In this document: positions 62,747-64,000 of the stretch, one piece after another | Layout: the number at the start of each line of letters is the position of its first letter | How positions within the stretch are numbered: position 1 is the stretch's first letter | From: Alphaproteobacteria bacterium | GTDB lineage: Bacteria > Pseudomonadota > Alphaproteobacteria > MPNO01 > UBA830 | DNA length: 64,000 nucleotides | Assembly: GCA_965243135.1 (NCBI GenBank) | Contig: OZ251539.1 | Span: 4,800,001 to 4,864,000 of the forward strand | Direction: 5' to 3' | Notes under the pieces: generated by a model | The model's database searches: none | What the model saw: the letters and a program-made list of their open reading frames with translations, nothing else | Told to the model about the DNA's origin: nothing | Position numbers and translations under genes: made by a program

Positions 62747-64000
62747 CGAAATCTCCCCGCAGAATGCGCTGGGATACAGGGAGGCTATCCTGCGGATCGC
62801 CGAGGGCTTGGTCGATTTCCACCTTGCGTCCCAACGGACCCCAAGCGGAAAGCGGATCGATCCAAGTCCGCTGTCCGCTGCGGCGCACAGTAAACAGGGA
62901 ATCGTCGGGCAAAAGATCAGGAAGAACGGGAGAATGCGTGGTCACGATGTACTGAGTCCCTCCGAGGCTCGTACGCGTCTTGAGCAGCTCTGCGATCAAT
63001 TGCACGCGGCGCGGATGAACGCCGTTTTCCGGCTCTTCGAAACCCACCAGCGAAGGCGCTTCGCCCACTCCCGTCAGCGCCAGGAGGCCGAGCATTCGAA
63101 GCGTGCCCTCGGACAGCACGCGCGCCGGCATTTCGACGCCGTCTTCCCTCAGACGCAGCTCGACCTCGCCGAGATCGTTCACGTCCACTTCGATGCCGTC
63201 GATGTTCGGCATCACCATGCGCAACGACTTCTCGATGCCCTCGAACCGTTTTCGGTCGAGCGTCTGAAGCGTTCTGAGGAAGGCGGCGAGATCTTCGCCC
63301 ATCAATCCGATATGTCGGGTTTCCCTTACGGGATTGGGCACGCGCATTCGTTCGCGAGGCTCGAAATAGAAGAACAGCCAGCTCTCCAATTCGCGCCGCG
63401 CCGCCGCGAGGTGGGGATAATGCGGGGAATAATGAGGCATCGAAAGGATCGTGTGATCGAGATAACGATCGAAATATGTGGGATGGGCCTGACCCTCCCG
63501 CCGGAGATGAATCTTCTCTCCCTGTCTTTCGATGAACGGCTTGCGTTTGCCGGTCGGCGCCCCGGCCGCGTTCAATGCCGCCAGATATTCGTCGGTCACG
63601 CGCAAAACTCCGGACCCAGGCAGCATCTCGACCTCGATCCGGTAGCGCAGATCGCGTTCGCGCACTCTGGCCGGCGTCTGGCGGTCTCCCGCGCCGCTCG
63701 GGCGGCGCATCTCCTGTATTTCGCGATTGACGGCGTCGACGACCGCTTCCGACAACTGCAGGTCGGCTTCGATCGAAAAAGACAGTCGATCCCGCTTGAT
63801 CAGGTTCTTGAGTCCGCCGGCTCCGAACGTGAAGGATTCGAGCGGTTTGCCGCGGTACGGGGGATCGAATGCTTCCTTGAGGGTCCGACTCGTTCCGAGT
63901 TCGGAAAGAAGCTGCAGGGCGTCGAGGACGTTGCTTTTGCCGGCCGCGTTCGGTCCGAACAGAACGGCCAGCGGCGACAGCCGAACTTCGACGTCTTCAA
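62739..64000 (-). CDS. ABC/AAA_21-type ATPase; start lies beyond the window
   Basis: Frame open to the edge: LFGPNAAGKSN, LSEGTLR, EEPENGVHP, TTHSP. Confidence 0.9.
   Translation of the reverse strand, partial: EDVEVRLSPLAVLFGPNAAGKSNVLDALQLLSELGTSRTLKEAFDPPYRGKPLESFTFGAGGLKNLIKRDRLSFSIEADLQLSEAVVDAVNREIQEMRRPSGAGDRQTPARVRERDLRYRIEVEMLPGSGVLRVTDEYLAALNAAGAPTGKRKPFIERQGEKIHLRREGQAHPTYFDRYLDHTILSMPHYSPHYPHLAAARRELESWLFFYFEPRERMRVPNPVRETRHIGLMGEDLAAFLRTLQTLDRKRFEGIEKSLRMVMPNIDGIEVDVNDLGEVELRLREDGVEMPARVLSEGTLRMLGLLALTGVGEAPSLVGFEEPENGVHPRRVQLIAELLKTRTSLGGTQYIVTTHSPVLPDLLPDDSLFTVRRSGQRTWIDPLSAWGPLGRKVEIDQALGDPQDSLPVSQRILRGDFDA

Overview
GC-rich bacterial chromosome segment; the core gene content (moaB-SLT-UDG, TPR-ispE, TAXI-TRAP-usp, cytochrome c2, dinB, pcaIJ, epmB-like, rnhB) looks alphaproteobacterial (inference). 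Intact housekeeping blocks alternate with accessory, often eroded DNA. Mobile elements: an IS1380-family element and an ISNCY-like element (both with TIRs and TSDs), a 232-bp MITE, IS1595 and IS3 remnants, and a degenerate group II intron inserted antisense into codon 2 of a secreted-protein gene. Accessory cargo: a large autotransporter, several AAA/PD-(D/E)XK ATPases, TA modules, three TIR-domain loci (two beside small multi-TM membrane genes), and, at the right end, a DUF499/DUF1156 BREX-related defence island whose methyltransferase carries an in-frame C15 tract. The most unusual arrangement is an orphan type I-E-like CRISPR mini-array (4 repeats, 3 spacers, no cas genes in the window) ending 21 nt upstream of, and co-oriented with, a TIR gene that heads a three-gene operon. 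All calls are from motif recognition by eye; no searches were run.
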